From the human T2T-CHM13v2.0 reference genome, Homo sapiens, in assembly GCF_009914755.1 (NCBI RefSeq), contig NC_060940.1: a stretch of DNA of 64,000 bases. One strand, written 5' to 3'. Positions 61,541 through 64,000 of this stretch are shown piece after piece. How positions within the stretch are numbered: the stretch's first letter is position 1; every line of letters begins with the position of its first letter. The notes beneath the pieces were generated by a model. It made no database searches and was not told where the DNA came from. It saw only the letters and a list, made by a program, of their open reading frames with translations. The translations under genes and the position numbers were made by a program.

Positions 61541-63053
61541 ACTAAATAAATTATATTTTAAAAGTAAAGTCAAAGGTAGAATTTAAAAACAAAGGAATTC
61601 TATTTCTATACTTACTAGTCCCAGGTAGACAAACAACATGGCCTTCCTGAGCCTCTTCCTGAATCTTTTCAGAAGAGTGTGAGCCATGAGAAATCAGAGC
61701 TGTTATTTTCTGGTTGAAACTGACACTTTAGGCTACTGTTTTCATTTGCCTGTTGAAAGGGTAACTCAGCTGTATTAATCATTTAAATTAAAATTAAACA
61801 TTTTGAAGGGGAAAACATAGGGAGCAGACAACATCTACCTTACTCAAGGAGGCAGGTAATCAGTGTAAAAGGAATGAGAAATCACCATTGGAACCACGGG
61901 TTTAATCAATGTTTCCAGGAGGCTTCAGCAATGACGCTGAAACCAGCTGGTGAAGGTTGCCAGGGAATAAGATGTTCACAGTGCTTTGATATCTCATCCC
62001 ACAGATGACTAACAACAAAAGGGAAAAGCTACTTCACAAGGAGATGTCCAGTTGATACTACCTCAACCAAAATTATTAAACATAGCATCAACAATCGTGG
62101 GACAAACAGACTCAAACATCTGGTGTGAGGCGTTAAGTACACAACACTGCCTAATCTGAATTAGGCATTATTCCCTGTTTAATCTGGATCCACTCATGAG
62201 AACACTGTTTAATCTATTCTTGCCAAAATGATCAAACTATTCTAGTCAGGAGAAGAAAAAAGCAATCAGATATATCTAGATTATGGGTCATTCTACAAAA
62301 CAAAGAGCCTAGATTTTTCAAAATATTTCATGTATTGAAAGAAGTACTCCAAAGTAAAAGAACAGAGAGACATGATAACCAAAGGCGAGGTTAATCTTTG
62401 ATTAATCTGTGGATTTAAAACAAAAATAAAGAACATTTTGGAGACAATTAGGTAAATCTGAATATGGGCTGTACATCAAATTACTGTATTACAGTTAGAT
62501 GGTAGAACTGTGATTATGTAGAAATATGTCATTATTCACAAGAGATAAACGCTGAAGTGTTGGGGTAAAACATCTTGCTCTCTGCAACTTACTTTCAAAT
62601 GATTCAGAGAAGAAAGTACTTATGGAAAGAGAAAGAAAATGCAAAGGTGGCAAATGCTAGCCACTGGTTGATCTGAATGAAGAATATGTAGATGTCCATT
62701 GTCTTTGCTTTTAATTTTCTGTAGGCAAGGGAAAGATAGGAAGGAGGTAAGGTGCAGGCATTTCTTATCAATTCATACCTGTAAAAAAACAAAGTTAAAA
62801 GAAAAGCAAAGGCTTAAAATTCATGTAAACACTCAGTGAGATTAATAGTAATTTTCTGTCAAATTTCTGAAAAGCCATTAAGACTGTAACATACCTGACT
62901 AGGATCACTTGCAGGTAACTTAAAGTATTTTTTCTGGAGGTTCCAGTCCTTCTACTTCATATGTTTTATTCCATCATTCCTGGAATTGCCAGTTGTTCAA
63001 AATAAACCTCTAAATGATCATTGTAGGACATTTCATCATCAATATCATCCTTT

Positions 63054-63626
<573 letters not shown>

Positions 63627-64000
63627 TCTTTCTATATTTGACATGAGAAAACTATTATAACTTCAGTCAATTATAAGTCATTATAAAAAAAAAATTAACC
63701 TCTTTGAGAGGACAGGACAGAAAGATCCTGACATGTTACCAAAGCTTATGGTAGGATAAATGTGCCATCACAAATGAATGGGAAGAGAGCAGGCCCTTCA
63801 GAAAATGGTGTGGCAAATGGTTACCTCTATCAAAAAAGTACAGATGAGCCTATCCTAAGAGAAGTAAAAGGAATAAAGGGAGGAAGGGAGGAGGGGGTGG
63901 GGGGAGAGAGAGAGAGAGAGACTGCAGAAGGTTTCAATGTTATAACACCCAGCTCAGCAAGGACAAGATAAAACAAGAGCTCTCAGTCATGGTCTAAGCT

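Overview
Primate (almost certainly human) genomic DNA with the mosaic structure of a pericentromeric/acrocentric segmental duplication. I see no intact conserved protein-coding gene. From left to right: (1) repeat-rich DNA leading into a CpG-island promoter (~6.2-7.9 kb) with a ZNF143/THAP11-type motif, duplicated RFX X-boxes and a short spliced ORF; (2) a decayed, intron-containing RGL4/RALGDS-type RasGEF gene on the minus strand (~10.1-12.1 kb), preceded by an old ~2-kb tandem duplication in which each unit carries a homologous AG...GT-bounded exon (12.9-17.8 kb); (3) a small degenerate beta-satellite island, then nested L1/Alu/MSTA elements (18.4-31.3 kb); (4) an AT-rich palindrome directly beside a GGGCAAAAAGCCG-type GC-rich repeat and a duplicated, frameshifted KSR1 exon 1 (31.5-32.4 kb); (5) a 3.9-kb (GAAAT/GATGAAAT)n satellite with ~1.5-kb higher-order periodicity; (6) LTR fragments and a C-rich minisatellite; (7) an Alu-interrupted SEPHS1 processed pseudogene; (8) a diverged, compressed, intron-containing CEP192 relic on the minus strand (54.5-63.0 kb). 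Gene and repeat identities come from by-eye comparison with remembered sequences, not from database searches. Repeat subfamily names and many boundaries are approximate.
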